DNA from: a virus
Lineage: Duplodnaviria; Caudoviricetes
Reading direction: 5' to 3' (one strand)
Length of the DNA stretch: 64,000 nucleotides
Virus record (IMG/VR): IMGVR_UViG_3300010150_000009
Location: 47,596 to 111,595 of that record
Made by a program: the position numbers and the translations under genes. Numbering within the stretch: position 1 is the stretch's first letter; every line of letters begins with the position of its first letter. This document shows positions 9,596-19,288 of this stretch, in pieces. Under the pieces are notes generated by a model, which searched no databases, was not told the origin of the DNA, and saw only the letters and a program-made list of their open reading frames with translations.

Positions 9596-12500
9596 ATGTA
9601 TGATATTATAAGCAGGGATGACGTCAATGATATTTACGAAGCAGCCAGCAAATGTAAAACGAGATATTTTTGGTACGTTGATCATGGTGTTGATTATACT
9701 GGGTTTGATTTCAATTGGGTTCCTGTACCATGGGAGTCCCAGTTCGTACATATCTTCCCAAGTAAATGGCAACGTGACGGCGGAATAAGATTAGTCAACA
9801 AACAAAGTCCTGAAGGCGAATTAAAATTCCATAATACAAAAAAGGTAACGAGAGTACCAACTACAAGAAATTGGGTACTTGAGGATAATACTGACTATAC
9901 AGATTTTGACTTTAGTTGGCATCCGGATAGTCTAAATAAAGAATACACACACGCATTTCCTTCCCAGTGGCAAAGAGAAGGTGGTACTTATTATGTTACT
10001 AATCCAAGTGCGCCTAAAAAATATGTTTCTGACCAAATAACAAAAAGAACAAACTGTTTAGATAATTGGCAAATACCCAAAGGCGTTGATACAGATAATT
10101 TTGACTTTAGTTGGCATCCTGATCCCTCACACGGTGATTGGACATATGTTTTTCCTTCCTTATGGCAACGAAACAGTAACGTATTATACATTACAAATAA
10201 TGATGCACCTAAAAAATATGTAAGTGACCAAGTTATTAGGCCGTTACCTAATAAAGAAGATTGGATTATTCCTAAGAATATAGACGAAGATAGTTTTGAT
10301 TTTAGTTGGTTACCAGACCCAGATGATCCACCATACATATATGTATTTGGCACACAATGGCAGAAAGACGGAGGTCCAGTATATAAAGTAGAAGGTGCGA
10401 CTGAAACAAGTTATATAGATACCCCGCAAGCAAAAGCGTTGCCCACTACAGAACATTGGCATACAGACAGTGAAGCAGATTACAGCACATTTGACTTTAG
10501 TTGGCATCCGGAAGAATCACAAAAAGACTTTAAGCACGTATTTGGATCACAATGGCAAAAGACTAGTAAAACGTTTTACTACACTGGCAATGATGCTAAT
10601 CCAAAAGTAAACTACGTAACGGACCAACGTGTAACAAGTAAAAGCGATACATTACCGCGTTACAATATTGAAACAACATTAGAGAATTTAATAAACGAAC
10701 ATCCTACTGAACGCTTTTGGGCATTGAATCCGGAGATGGATTATAAGGAGTTTGACTTTAGTTGGCATCCGGATGCAAGCCAAATGGAATATGTTCATGT
10801 GTTTGGATCCCAATGGCAAAAGCATAGCCAAACATTCTACGTAAATGCTCCTGCCTATTTAAAAGGCAATAACCACTTGAATTTTGTGGGAGATCAAAGG
10901 GTAGTAGCGAATAGCACCTTGGATATCTTCTATATAGACAAAGGGGGCTCTGCTAGTACAAAACGCTATGATTCACTAGTGACGAAACACTCTCAGACGC
11001 TCAAGACGCGCTTCTTTGGGGATACCCGCGATACACTACTGCGGTGTGCTAAGAAATGCAAGACAGGGCGATTCTGGGCGGTATCAAGCGAAAACGATTA
11101 CTCAAATTTTAACTTTGATTGGCATTGCGAACCATGGCAGAATGGTATGCTACACGTATTTGGCAGTAAATGGAACAAGTGGAGCAACACATTTTTAGTA
11201 AATGCAGACGACTTTATTCGCACGTTTGATTGGGCAGAGAATATTGAGGATGTTTATAATTTAAACTTCGTAGAGGATCAACAAGTAGAATTATTTGATG
11301 ATAATCGAGAAATATGGTACGTTGACTTTGGAAATAACGAAGAATTCTCACCCAATTTAAATTATAAGAAAGCAAGATTCTTTGGAACATGGTTAGATAC
11401 TCTTAAACGGATCGTTGAACGAACAGACGAAGAATATATATGGGTATGTGGTAGTATTTGTGATTATACTAGTTTTGATTTTGGATGGGAACCAGAGCCG
11501 TGGCAACAGAATATGTTGCATGTATTTCCGAGTAACGGACAAGTTGAAGGAGATACTTTCCTCGTTCCAGTAAAACTATTTAAAGAACAATTAGAAAGTT
11601 TAAAAGTGTTAGGATGGTTTGACACTGTAAACTATATTAAAGACGTCAGTGTTCCTCGGTGTAGTTGGCCAACAATTAAAAGTTTACAAGATTTAGATAC
11701 TATGTATGGATGGATACTGCACAATAACCAGTCTCCGGTAACATATGACCCTCCTTTCTGGAAAAAGCCAGAACTTCACGTTTTTAACACAAGTGGCAGT
11801 GTATCCTTGGTGCCGCGGGACTGTAAAAGTGAATTTCGGACTCAATTATATGACTACCCATATATCTTGCGTCATGATGGCTTTAAATGTGAGGATAAAC
11901 CACTAGATATAGTGTTTATTTCAAATGGCGAAAAAAACGCCAACGAAAACTGGAAACACCTTGTAAATATACATAAACAAAACGGGTGTGAAAACCGTTT
12001 ATTACGTAGTGATGGTGTAGATGGTAGAACGCAAGCCTATCAAGCCGCCGCACGGTTAAGTGAAACAGATTGGTTTTATGCTGTTTTTGCAAAAACCGAA
12101 GTATTGCCGGATTTTAAATTTGATTTAAATCCTAATTACCTTGAGGAAACTAAACATTACATGTTACATAGTCGAAATCCGTTAAACGGATTAGAATACG
12201 GGGCAATGAATATTAACATGTATCATAAACAATTAACTTTAGATACTAAACCTGGATTAGACTTTACTCTTAGTAGTAATCATGACACTATACCAGTTGT
12301 TGCTAGTATTAGTAGATTTAACGAAGATCCATGGGTAACATGGAGAAGTGCTTTCCGTGAAGTTTTAAAACTTAAACGTGAAGTTGATCTAGGTGATCCT
12401 AGACCAGAAATTGCCTTCCGGCTTAAAACATGGTGTACTGTTGCAGAAGGATTAAATGCTGAATGGTGTTTAGCAGGAGCAAACGATGCTTTGGAATACT

Positions 12501-12631
12501 ATGCTCAAGAAGAAGGCCAGTATAGTGCTTTATTAAATAGTTATGACTGGCCGTGGTTAAAGTCTTACTTTGAAGAACGCTACAATAGTATTACTGATCC
12601 ATTACCTCTTGATACCGAGGAAGCGTTTTAA
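9596..12631 (+). CDS. 1011-aa protein with about 8-9 FDFSWHP repeats and a C-terminal glycosyltransferase-like domain
   Basis: Repeated FDFSWHPD..Y.HVF..QWQ units. C-terminal DIVFISNGE..GVDGR..TDWFYAV..NPLNGLEYG..WRSAFRE. Confidence 0.75.
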   Translation: MYDIISRDDVNDIYEAASKCKTRYFWYVDHGVDYTGFDFNWVPVPWESQFVHIFPSKWQRDGGIRLVNKQSPEGELKFHNTKKVTRVPTTRNWVLEDNTDYTDFDFSWHPDSLNKEYTHAFPSQWQREGGTYYVTNPSAPKKYVSDQITKRTNCLDNWQIPKGVDTDNFDFSWHPDPSHGDWTYVFPSLWQRNSNVLYITNNDAPKKYVSDQVIRPLPNKEDWIIPKNIDEDSFDFSWLPDPDDPPYIYVFGTQWQKDGGPVYKVEGATETSYIDTPQAKALPTTEHWHTDSEADYSTFDFSWHPEESQKDFKHVFGSQWQKTSKTFYYTGNDANPKVNYVTDQRVTSKSDTLPRYNIETTLENLINEHPTERFWALNPEMDYKEFDFSWHPDASQMEYVHVFGSQWQKHSQTFYVNAPAYLKGNNHLNFVGDQRVVANSTLDIFYIDKGGSASTKRYDSLVTKHSQTLKTRFFGDTRDTLLRCAKKCKTGRFWAVSSENDYSNFNFDWHCEPWQNGMLHVFGSKWNKWSNTFLVNADDFIRTFDWAENIEDVYNLNFVEDQQVELFDDNREIWYVDFGNNEEFSPNLNYKKARFFGTWLDTLKRIVERTDEEYIWVCGSICDYTSFDFGWEPEPWQQNMLHVFPSNGQVEGDTFLVPVKLFKEQLESLKVLGWFDTVNYIKDVSVPRCSWPTIKSLQDLDTMYGWILHNNQSPVTYDPPFWKKPELHVFNTSGSVSLVPRDCKSEFRTQLYDYPYILRHDGFKCEDKPLDIVFISNGEKNANENWKHLVNIHKQNGCENRLLRSDGVDGRTQAYQAAARLSETDWFYAVFAKTEVLPDFKFDLNPNYLEETKHYMLHSRNPLNGLEYGAMNINMYHKQLTLDTKPGLDFTLSSNHDTIPVVASISRFNEDPWVTWRSAFREVLKLKREVDLGDPRPEIAFRLKTWCTVAEGLNAEWCLAGANDALEYYAQEEGQYSALLNSYDWPWLKSYFEERYNSITDPLPLDTEEAF

Positions 12632-13586
12632 TAAACGGTTGCTCTAAGAGCCAATCTAAATAATTTGGAATTCCAGCATCAATATCTTCAGTAGGGTTCC
12701 AACCAGTAAACTCTTTTAACTTATTACTGTTTAATGTATCTCTGTTAGGATAAAAACTGTCGTGCGGATAAATTTCTATGTCACCACCCAGTCTTTGCTG
12801 GATCATAGTAGCTGCTTCTAAGATAGTTCTTCCATTGCCTCGCGTACAATTAAAAATTTCGTTAGTGGTAGTCTCGTTAGTGGCACATACAGCAAACGCA
12901 TCAGCAACATCAGTAACCCAACTAAAATCTAACTTATTGTCAGGACCTTGAACACGAATATTACCATTAGTTAATGAACTTTCTGCCATCTTACTAATTA
13001 CTCTAACAATCATATCTCTAGTTCCGTATAAAGCACTAGGACGAAGTATTGTATAATTTAATTCTTTTTCCCTGTGCCAAATTTGACACATGCGTTCACC
13101 TTGTAGTTTATAACTTCCATACAAAGTTTTAGGATCTGTTTTACTATTTTCATCAGGTGCATCACTTTCGAAGTTACCATATACCATACTACTGCTGGAA
13201 AATAAAATCTTTTCTACATTGTGTTCTGTGCATAAGTCTAATGTTGTTGCTGTCGCTGTAATCATATTTCCAGTAGCATCAACTACATTACGTTTTACCA
13301 TATACGCATTGGGGTAAGTTGCTAAGTGAATAACCACGTCTGGTTGAAATTCTGCAAAAACAGATGCCATAAAATTAACATCTTCAATCTTTCCAACAAA
13401 TACATGATCTGCATTTGCATGTTCTTGTCTCTGATTCAGTATACATTGATATTCATCATCAGGAAAAATATAATACTGATGATAACAATCTACTACGCCC
13501 ACAATATGGCCTTGTTTGCGAAGTATGTTACTGGTATGTGAGCCAATAAAGCCATGGCCTCCTAATATTAAAATTTTTTTAGACAT
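12591..13586 (-). CDS. NAD-dependent epimerase/dehydratase (extended SDR)
   Basis: GGHGFIG, SSSMVYG, YGSYK (YxxxK), LRPSALYG. Confidence 0.92.
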   Translation of the reverse strand: MSKKILILGGHGFIGSHTSNILRKQGHIVGVVDCYHQYYIFPDDEYQCILNQRQEHANADHVFVGKIEDVNFMASVFAEFQPDVVIHLATYPNAYMVKRNVVDATGNMITATATTLDLCTEHNVEKILFSSSSMVYGNFESDAPDENSKTDPKTLYGSYKLQGERMCQIWHREKELNYTILRPSALYGTRDMIVRVISKMAESSLTNGNIRVQGPDNKLDFSWVTDVADAFAVCATNETTTNEIFNCTRGNGRTILEAATMIQQRLGGDIEIYPHDSFYPNRDTLNSNKLKEFTGWNPTEDIDAGIPNYLDWLLEQPFIKTLPRYQEVMDQ

Positions 13587-14632
13587 TCTAAAACTCTTTC
13601 TATTTCATCATCTGTCATATAGGGACAGTTTGGTATTGTTAAACTTTTTTCTTGCAACGTTAAACTATTCTTAAAATCACTATAATTTACATCAAATATT
13701 TTTTCTTGAATAGGCAAAATACTGTAGTGGATTTGTGTTTGAATATTATTAGATCTAAGGTGCTGTGCCAGTTCGTCTCTCTTGTCACACTTAATTACAA
13801 ACTTACTATACGTGCAATCTTGTGTATAGTCTGGAAACTCATATAAGTCTCTAAGTTCTTGTTTATATATATTAGCAATTTTCTGTCGTTTAGATTGGTG
13901 TTTTTTCATTAGGCCTAATGTAATATATAATGTAGCCGCTTCAGTACTGCTAATCATACTGTTTACGCCTAATCCTATACTAGGTGTTGAGTTATTGGAT
14001 TTACCGTGTAATCTTCCTAACCTGGCTAATTCAAATACATCTTTATTTTTTGTAATTAATGCGCCACCACTTCCCATTGTAGTACAGGGTTTTGAAGGAC
14101 TAAAACTTAAAACAGTAAATTCAGCATCATTTAATAGTGCTCCTAGACTTTGCGCCGCATCTTCCACTAACAAGAGATTATTTTCGTCACAAAAAGTTTT
14201 AGCGTATTTGTTCATTGAATTACCCCACAATGTAACATATAACATTACTCTTGTATTGTTTGTAATTTTTTCTTTGGCGTCAGATAAATCAATGCAATAA
14301 TCATTACCAACATCAACAAAGACAGGTTTTAATCCCGCAAGTAAAATACTTGTTGCAGTTGCGATAAACGTATAAGCAGGTACAAGAACCTCACTGCCAG
14401 CAGGCAAATTTAAATTACGCAAGCCTTGCGTTAGCGCGTCTGTACAACTATGGAAGATTACCGCATTGTGTAATTTACTATTAGTTACTACTTCTAATCT
14501 TGCCTCAGCCAATTTGGTTATTTCACCACCTTGGCATATACCATTAGACAAAGATAAATCAGAAGTTCTTTGAACTTCATCTCTTATTTCATTCCATAAC
14601 CTGTTAAGATTATTTGCTTTTACAATGTGCAT
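13568..14632 (-). CDS. DegT/DnrJ/EryC1/StrS PLP-dependent sugar aminotransferase
   Basis: SCTDAL, VPAYTFIAT, PVFVDV, VEDAAQSLGA, SFSPSK (PLP lysine), GGAL. Confidence 0.92.
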   Translation of the reverse strand: MHIVKANNLNRLWNEIRDEVQRTSDLSLSNGICQGGEITKLAEARLEVVTNSKLHNAVIFHSCTDALTQGLRNLNLPAGSEVLVPAYTFIATATSILLAGLKPVFVDVGNDYCIDLSDAKEKITNNTRVMLYVTLWGNSMNKYAKTFCDENNLLLVEDAAQSLGALLNDAEFTVLSFSPSKPCTTMGSGGALITKNKDVFELARLGRLHGKSNNSTPSIGLGVNSMISSTEAATLYITLGLMKKHQSKRQKIANIYKQELRDLYEFPDYTQDCTYSKFVIKCDKRDELAQHLRSNNIQTQIHYSILPIQEKIFDVNYSDFKNSLTLQEKSLTIPNCPYMTDDEIERVLECLKKF

Positions 14633-15219
14633 CTTAGTAATTCAAAACTTTCTGCATAAGGGTAATTTGTATTAGCACTACGTAATATAGCAAGTGCGCG
14701 AGTTGATTCTAATATTTTGTCGTCAACGTCCCAGTATGAATTGCACCAATCCAATTTGTCTTGAATGTTATCCATTCCAACGAATACATTTGGATTATAA
14801 GATTTGTTATTGTTTATATAAGCACTGATTTCATATTGCAATATAGTGCCTGTAAACTTACGACTACTTGCAATTGCTAACTCGTTTACAATTTTATGGT
14901 CTTGGTGACTGTCGCCGTAATGTGGTATTAACATATAATCATATTGCTCTTTACCATAGATAATATCATCTAATCGGGCCACACTATTGTTATTTAATAC
15001 TGGTCGAGTTTCAGAGTCTGAGAAGAATTCGTACGAGTAATTTAATTTAGAAGAGTTTTCAGTTACACTTGTTACTTTTTCTTTATAAAAGTAAACAATT
15101 TTAACAAAGCCTTTCTTAGAAAGTTCATTTAAAATGAACCCACCTGCTCCTAACTCCGCGTCGTCCGGATGTGGACTAAGTGCTAGAATAGATTTCCCTT
15201 CATTTTTTAAAGACTCCAT
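14620..15219 (-). CDS. PIG-L/LmbE family N-acetyl sugar deacetylase
   Basis: SPHPDDAELGAGG and DSHQDH motifs, C-terminal AESF. Confidence 0.88.
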   Translation of the reverse strand: MESLKNEGKSILALSPHPDDAELGAGGFILNELSKKGFVKIVYFYKEKVTSVTENSSKLNYSYEFFSDSETRPVLNNNSVARLDDIIYGKEQYDYMLIPHYGDSHQDHKIVNELAIASSRKFTGTILQYEISAYINNNKSYNPNVFVGMDNIQDKLDWCNSYWDVDDKILESTRALAILRSANTNYPYAESFELLRCTL

Positions 15220-16118
15220 TTTTGCTTAAACTCATTGAGATCACGTTTGGACATGCCGTACTGCTCTGCCACTGCTTCTTCAGTTCTCCAATCCTCTACT
15301 AGTTCATTCCATCGCTTTTTATCAATTAATCTGTTTATTAGATCAACTTCCATACGACTAGCAGTATGAGCGTTTTCAATAAAATCTTCATATGCTTCAC
15401 ACGACAAAGGAAACTTATCTTGAATTAAACTATACATTGATCTTGCTAATTCTTGTATTTCCCATTGTGCGTGATAATCTGCTCTTAATTTAACGTAGTG
15501 GAAAAAGTTGTTTAAATCTATTTTCCAATATAGTTCTGTATAGTTATTAAGAGGCAACACGGCACGGGCCAACTCTCTTGACAAACCTTGACGTTGATCT
15601 TCTTCAATGTTATAATTGTCATTTGGGTGTTCTCCCAATAAACTTAAATAATCATTGTAGTTTTCTCTACCAATTCGTTTAATAGTATTATGGCACATCG
15701 TTTCTTCAACTGGAAGTAATTTACCATCTCTTCCCTGTTTGTTGATTGAACTTTGTGGTTTAAGGTTTTCTTTATCAGGAACGTAAAACTCATCCGACAT
15801 AATACTATATCTGCCAGAATATTCGTTCAAGTTTGCTGTTCTATGCCTAACGTGTTGCCTCATAACAAAGATGGGCATCTTTAAATGGAATTTTACCTCG
15901 CACATCTCGAGCGGTGATGTGTGTCGGTGCTTAACTAGATAGCGTATTAATGCCCTATCATTACTAGTGCCTTTGGTGCCGTCACCGTATGACACTCTTG
16001 CAGCTTGGACTATCGCATTGTCAGATCCCATTGTGTCAACGAGCCCAACAAAGCCATGATCCAAATACTTTACATAGTTTTCGTCTGTGTTAAAATTTAT
16101 GTCTGAAACTTTAGTCAT
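15207..16118 (-). CDS. thyX: Flavin-dependent thymidylate synthase
   Basis: AARVSY, HTSPLE, RHRTANLNEYSGRY (ThyX motif), RELARAVLP, HAQWEI. Confidence 0.96.
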   Translation of the reverse strand: MTKVSDINFNTDENYVKYLDHGFVGLVDTMGSDNAIVQAARVSYGDGTKGTSNDRALIRYLVKHRHTSPLEMCEVKFHLKMPIFVMRQHVRHRTANLNEYSGRYSIMSDEFYVPDKENLKPQSSINKQGRDGKLLPVEETMCHNTIKRIGRENYNDYLSLLGEHPNDNYNIEEDQRQGLSRELARAVLPLNNYTELYWKIDLNNFFHYVKLRADYHAQWEIQELARSMYSLIQDKFPLSCEAYEDFIENAHTASRMEVDLINRLIDKKRWNELVEDWRTEEAVAEQYGMSKRDLNEFKQKWSL

Positions 16119-16124
16119 ATTTAC

Positions 16125-16153
16125 ATTATATAATTGTAACTACTTTTTGTCAA
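16125..16153 (-). promoter_or_regulatory. Sigma70-type promoter for the thyX operon (probably leaderless)
   Basis: TTGACA-17-TATAAT, ending 6 nt before the ATG. Confidence 0.8.
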
Positions 16154-16159
16154 TAAAAA

Positions 16160-16477
16160 TTAAAGATTTTTTAATGCATTGTTTGTTGATAATTGAATGT
16201 CTGTTTTAACCTTGTCAACGTTTAAAACATAGTCAATTGAAAGTACACCGCCATAGGCATCTATGCGGTATGTTAGTTCTTCTTCTAAGTCTCTTGGATC
16301 TACGCCTTCCTCTAAAAGATCGATGACACTTATTACAACTTCATTGTCATGCTCGTTGCGTAATACGAGATGATCTATATATTCGACGGGGACATTAGTG
16401 ATATCAACGTCTTCAATAATGTCCAACCATCGATTCTTAAAAGAGTCTGTTAAGTAAACTTCTTTATGCTGAGGCAC
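16160..16477 (-). CDS. Hypothetical phage protein
   Basis: ORF whose likely start is the GTG at 16477. The longer annotated N-terminus overlaps the upstream gene. Confidence 0.6.
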   Translation of the reverse strand: MPQHKEVYLTDSFKNRWLDIIEDVDITNVPVEYIDHLVLRNEHDNEVVISVIDLLEEGVDPRDLEEELTYRIDAYGGVLSIDYVLNVDKVKTDIQLSTNNALKNL

Positions 16478-17006
16478 GGGCTTTGGAAGCCTTCTTCTTA
16501 GTAGTCTTCTTTGCTCTTGCTTTCTTAGTTGGTGACAACTCTTCTGCTTCAGCAAGTAACCGTTTCGCTTCTTTTTGCATAATAGCTGCCTGACTACGCA
16601 AGCCTTCTGCAATTTTTGAATCAGTTAATACACCGCTGTCGTCACTTTCTGGTGCTGATACTTCTTCTCCGCGAATAGCGGCATTAACATCAGATAGCGT
16701 AATAGCAGTGTTTGTGTCTGGTGTGAGAGCAACATCACTAGCAGGTAGTTTTAGAATCTTTTGACTAACATGTAAACTTTCTAAAATCGGGCGCCCTGCA
16801 CCGTTCATTTTTACATGTAAAATTTCTGCTAGTGTGTTGGCTTGTTGGCCTTCTTCACTCTCTAAAACTGTAATTAGTGAATCATGATCATCTTGTGATA
16901 AAGATGCTGTTCTTGCTACTAAACAGTTATCTGGCTCGCCGGGGACTTCCCTAAAAAGTAAAATGATTTTGTCTTTAGTTGATATTTGCTTGCCAACGTG
17001 TTTCAT
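16464..17006 (-). CDS. Hypothetical phage protein with basic histone-like tail
   Basis: SD GGAG upstream. C-terminus TKKARAKKTTKKKASKARASA. Confidence 0.75.
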   Translation of the reverse strand: MKHVGKQISTKDKIILLFREVPGEPDNCLVARTASLSQDDHDSLITVLESEEGQQANTLAEILHVKMNGAGRPILESLHVSQKILKLPASDVALTPDTNTAITLSDVNAAIRGEEVSAPESDDSGVLTDSKIAEGLRSQAAIMQKEAKRLLAEAEELSPTKKARAKKTTKKKASKARASA

Positions 17007-17028
17007 ATATTTCTCCGTTTAATATTGA

Positions 17029-17319
17029 TTATTCAGCAGGTGCTTCTGGTGCATCTGCTTGTACTTCTTGTTGTGCTGGTTCAGTGGCAGGTAAGTGGTG
17101 TCTTAAGAACCTCATTAGCCTGTCATAAGTAACGCCTACAGCAGACATTTCTGCCGCGTTCCATGCACCTCTTCGGGCACCAACTTCGACGATCTGCTTA
17201 ACAGCCAATAAATCTTTTAAATTAAATTCTGGTGCATCTCCTGCTTCTGGTAATGCTTCAGATGCCTCATTAGGTACTTCTACTGGCGTCTCTTCTGCAT
17301 TTTCAGTATTTTCCGACAT
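17029..17319 (-). CDS. Acidic hypothetical protein
   Basis: AGGAG SD upstream. Core LKDLLAVKQIVEVGARRGAW. Confidence 0.7.
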   Translation of the reverse strand: MSENTENAEETPVEVPNEASEALPEAGDAPEFNLKDLLAVKQIVEVGARRGAWNAAEMSAVGVTYDRLMRFLRHHLPATEPAQQEVQADAPEAPAE

Positions 17320-17345
17320 TGTTTGTTCTCCTGATAATTAATTGT

Positions 17346-17837
17346 ATGAAAAGAATTATATTAACTACAATCCTTACTATAGTATTTAGTTTCACAGGTT
17401 ATGCACAGGAAAATTCCGAACAAAGTGATCAAAATGATGGAAGAAATGCCGCACTGATTTGGTTTGTAAAAGAAGGTATAGAGTGTACATTGGCTAATGA
17501 AGAATTAAAACGCTTAATGGCGGTTCATTATGCTATGAATGAAATATTCCAAATAGATGTCACTAGTAACTCATACGGTCTAGTAGATGCAAGATTAGAA
17601 AATAACAGAGAACTATTTGATAGTTTAATTTTTCGCTCACTTGGAATTTTAGAGCAATCCGGTATACCAGAAGATACACTAGTGAAAATAGTAACTGAGC
17701 AAAGATTAGCCACATCTGCTAAGATAGCAGAGCGCAGGGCAGTAAAAGATCCAGCAACAATAAACGATGTTATTATAAAAACTTTTACATATGTTAAAAA
17801 GTGTAGAGCGTGGGCTAAAGAGCAGACTGGAGAATGA
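17346..17837 (+). CDS. Hypothetical secreted protein
   Basis: Signal peptide MKRIILTTILTIVFSFTGYA. Confidence 0.6.
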   Translation: MKRIILTTILTIVFSFTGYAQENSEQSDQNDGRNAALIWFVKEGIECTLANEELKRLMAVHYAMNEIFQIDVTSNSYGLVDARLENNRELFDSLIFRSLGILEQSGIPEDTLVKIVTEQRLATSAKIAERRAVKDPATINDVIIKTFTYVKKCRAWAKEQTGE

Positions 17838-17841
17838 TCTA

Positions 17842-18225
17842 CTATTTGAGATCTTGTAGTACAGGACAAGATAATACGAAATAACTTGCCTCGCTAGGCT
17901 CTTCAAATCCAATAACCCATTCTAAAGACCAAAGCATATCAAACGCATTTACGCGCCCAATAATTGGGTGTTTTGGATCTACTGTTTTATTAATAGATAT
18001 TTTGGTATCAAAACCAACCATTATCTTTTTAGCAATGCTATATCTTCCATCTAATGAAAGATAGATCCACTTGTCTAAATCATCAATTATTTGTTGTTTG
18101 CTCGACTCTATTTGGTGAGAGCGAATAGGAATAGTGATGGAAGTAAAATACGGAGGAGTAGTCTTACATCGTCTACTATTTAAGACGTTGTGGTGATTTA
18201 CTGTTCTTGTATTATAAAGGCCCAT
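17842..18225 (-). CDS. Hypothetical phage protein
   Basis: 127-aa ORF ending IGFEEPSEASYFVLSCP. Confidence 0.6.
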   Translation of the reverse strand: MGLYNTRTVNHHNVLNSRRCKTTPPYFTSITIPIRSHQIESSKQQIIDDLDKWIYLSLDGRYSIAKKIMVGFDTKISINKTVDPKHPIIGRVNAFDMLWSLEWVIGFEEPSEASYFVLSCPVLQDLK

Positions 18226-18349
18226 TGTATACTATATATAGCAAAAATATTATAGAACCTGTTAATAACGCCATAGAAAGCGAAAAAAGAAACTTTTCAA
18301 CGACGTTAAACACCCGCCAAGTCATTTTTAATTTAAAGTAGTCTTTCAT
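18212..18349 (-). CDS. Small membrane protein (45 aa; not in ORF track)
   Basis: MKDYFKLKMTWRVFNVVEKFLFSLSMALLTGSIIFLLYIVYNGPL fills the intergenic gap. Confidence 0.45.
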   Translation of the reverse strand: MKDYFKLKMTWRVFNVVEKFLFSLSMALLTGSIIFLLYIVYNGPL

Positions 18350-18363
18350 AATTTAGTTTTTAT

Positions 18364-18585
18364 CTACCACAACATTCCTACAATATATATTACTGTTAAG
18401 CCAGCGTTGAGTACAATAAGGCTAGTTTCTTTCCATAGTATGCCCGTCAGTGTCCACATACTATTAGCAATAATAAACATCCAGACGTACTGAGGATGTA
18501 CATTAAATGCCGCTAATGTAGCCGCAAGTATTAATAACGCGGTACTTGTCCAAGCAAGTTTTTGATAAGGTTTTTTATTTTCCAT
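18364..18585 (-). CDS. Small membrane protein (about 3 TM)
   Basis: Hydrophobic 73-aa ORF coupled to the upstream gene. Confidence 0.65.
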   Translation of the reverse strand: MENKKPYQKLAWTSTALLILAATLAAFNVHPQYVWMFIIANSMWTLTGILWKETSLIVLNAGLTVIYIVGMLW

Positions 18586-19288
18586 GGGTTAATCTTCTCC
18601 AAGTATCTGTCCAACTAGTAACGTGATGCAACATGTCTTGTTCATTGTAGCGAATTCGTATTGCCTCTGCCAACGTGTAGTCGTTACCGCCGGGTTCCAT
18701 TCTATCGCCAAAGAAACTAATGTCATAGTCATCGAAGTCCCAAATAATCTGCGACTTATCACAGCCTAACTTGGAAATATCCAAGCCAGTTTCTCCTCCT
18801 ACAACTGCTTGGTATTCAGGAAACAGTCTATTAAATTCTTCTGCGATCGTGTGTCGTTCATTTGTTTTAACGTCCCATCTAACATAATCCGCACGTTCGT
18901 TAAGATTAGCGTTTCTACCTACCACGCTAAAGTTAATCATTCCAGGTCTGTTTTCAAAATGCATTCCTGTGCGTAATGGAAACTTACTAGCAACTAGTTT
19001 TTCTGTTAAGAAGTCGTGTGCTTTATTTTCAAGTTTCAACTCGTCTCCGTATATTTCGTCACCTTGCTCCCGCACACTATTACCGGAACAGTTATAGCAA
19101 CGTTGGACTGTATTACAAATCTCCTCTCCTAACTGCTCTACTGTCTTAGGATAGTCACTACCCGTTACTAAAAATACATGTTCTTGTTTAACCCAATCAG
19201 TAAACCATTCGCTGAATTCCGAATTTATTTTTTGTCTGCTAGGAGTTAAAGTACCATCAACATCAAAAATGTAAGCACGTCTGCTCAT
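18575..19288 (-). CDS. Phosphomannomutase, HAD-IIB (eukaryotic PMM-like)
   Basis: FDVDGTLTPSR, VTGSD, ENRPGMINFSVVGR, FFGDRMEPGGNDY. Confidence 0.88.
   Translation of the reverse strand: MSRRAYIFDVDGTLTPSRQKINSEFSEWFTDWVKQEHVFLVTGSDYPKTVEQLGEEICNTVQRCYNCSGNSVREQGDEIYGDELKLENKAHDFLTEKLVASKFPLRTGMHFENRPGMINFSVVGRNANLNERADYVRWDVKTNERHTIAEEFNRLFPEYQAVVGGETGLDISKLGCDKSQIIWDFDDYDISFFGDRMEPGGNDYTLAEAIRIRYNEQDMLHHVTSWTDTWRRLTHGK

Noticed and set aside
9900-10775. Direct repeats tttgactttagttggcatcc resembling a CRISPR array
   Set aside because: Spacing is about 195 bp or more and the repeats are in frame within a 1011-aa ORF (FDFSWHP). These are protein repeats, and no cas genes are present.
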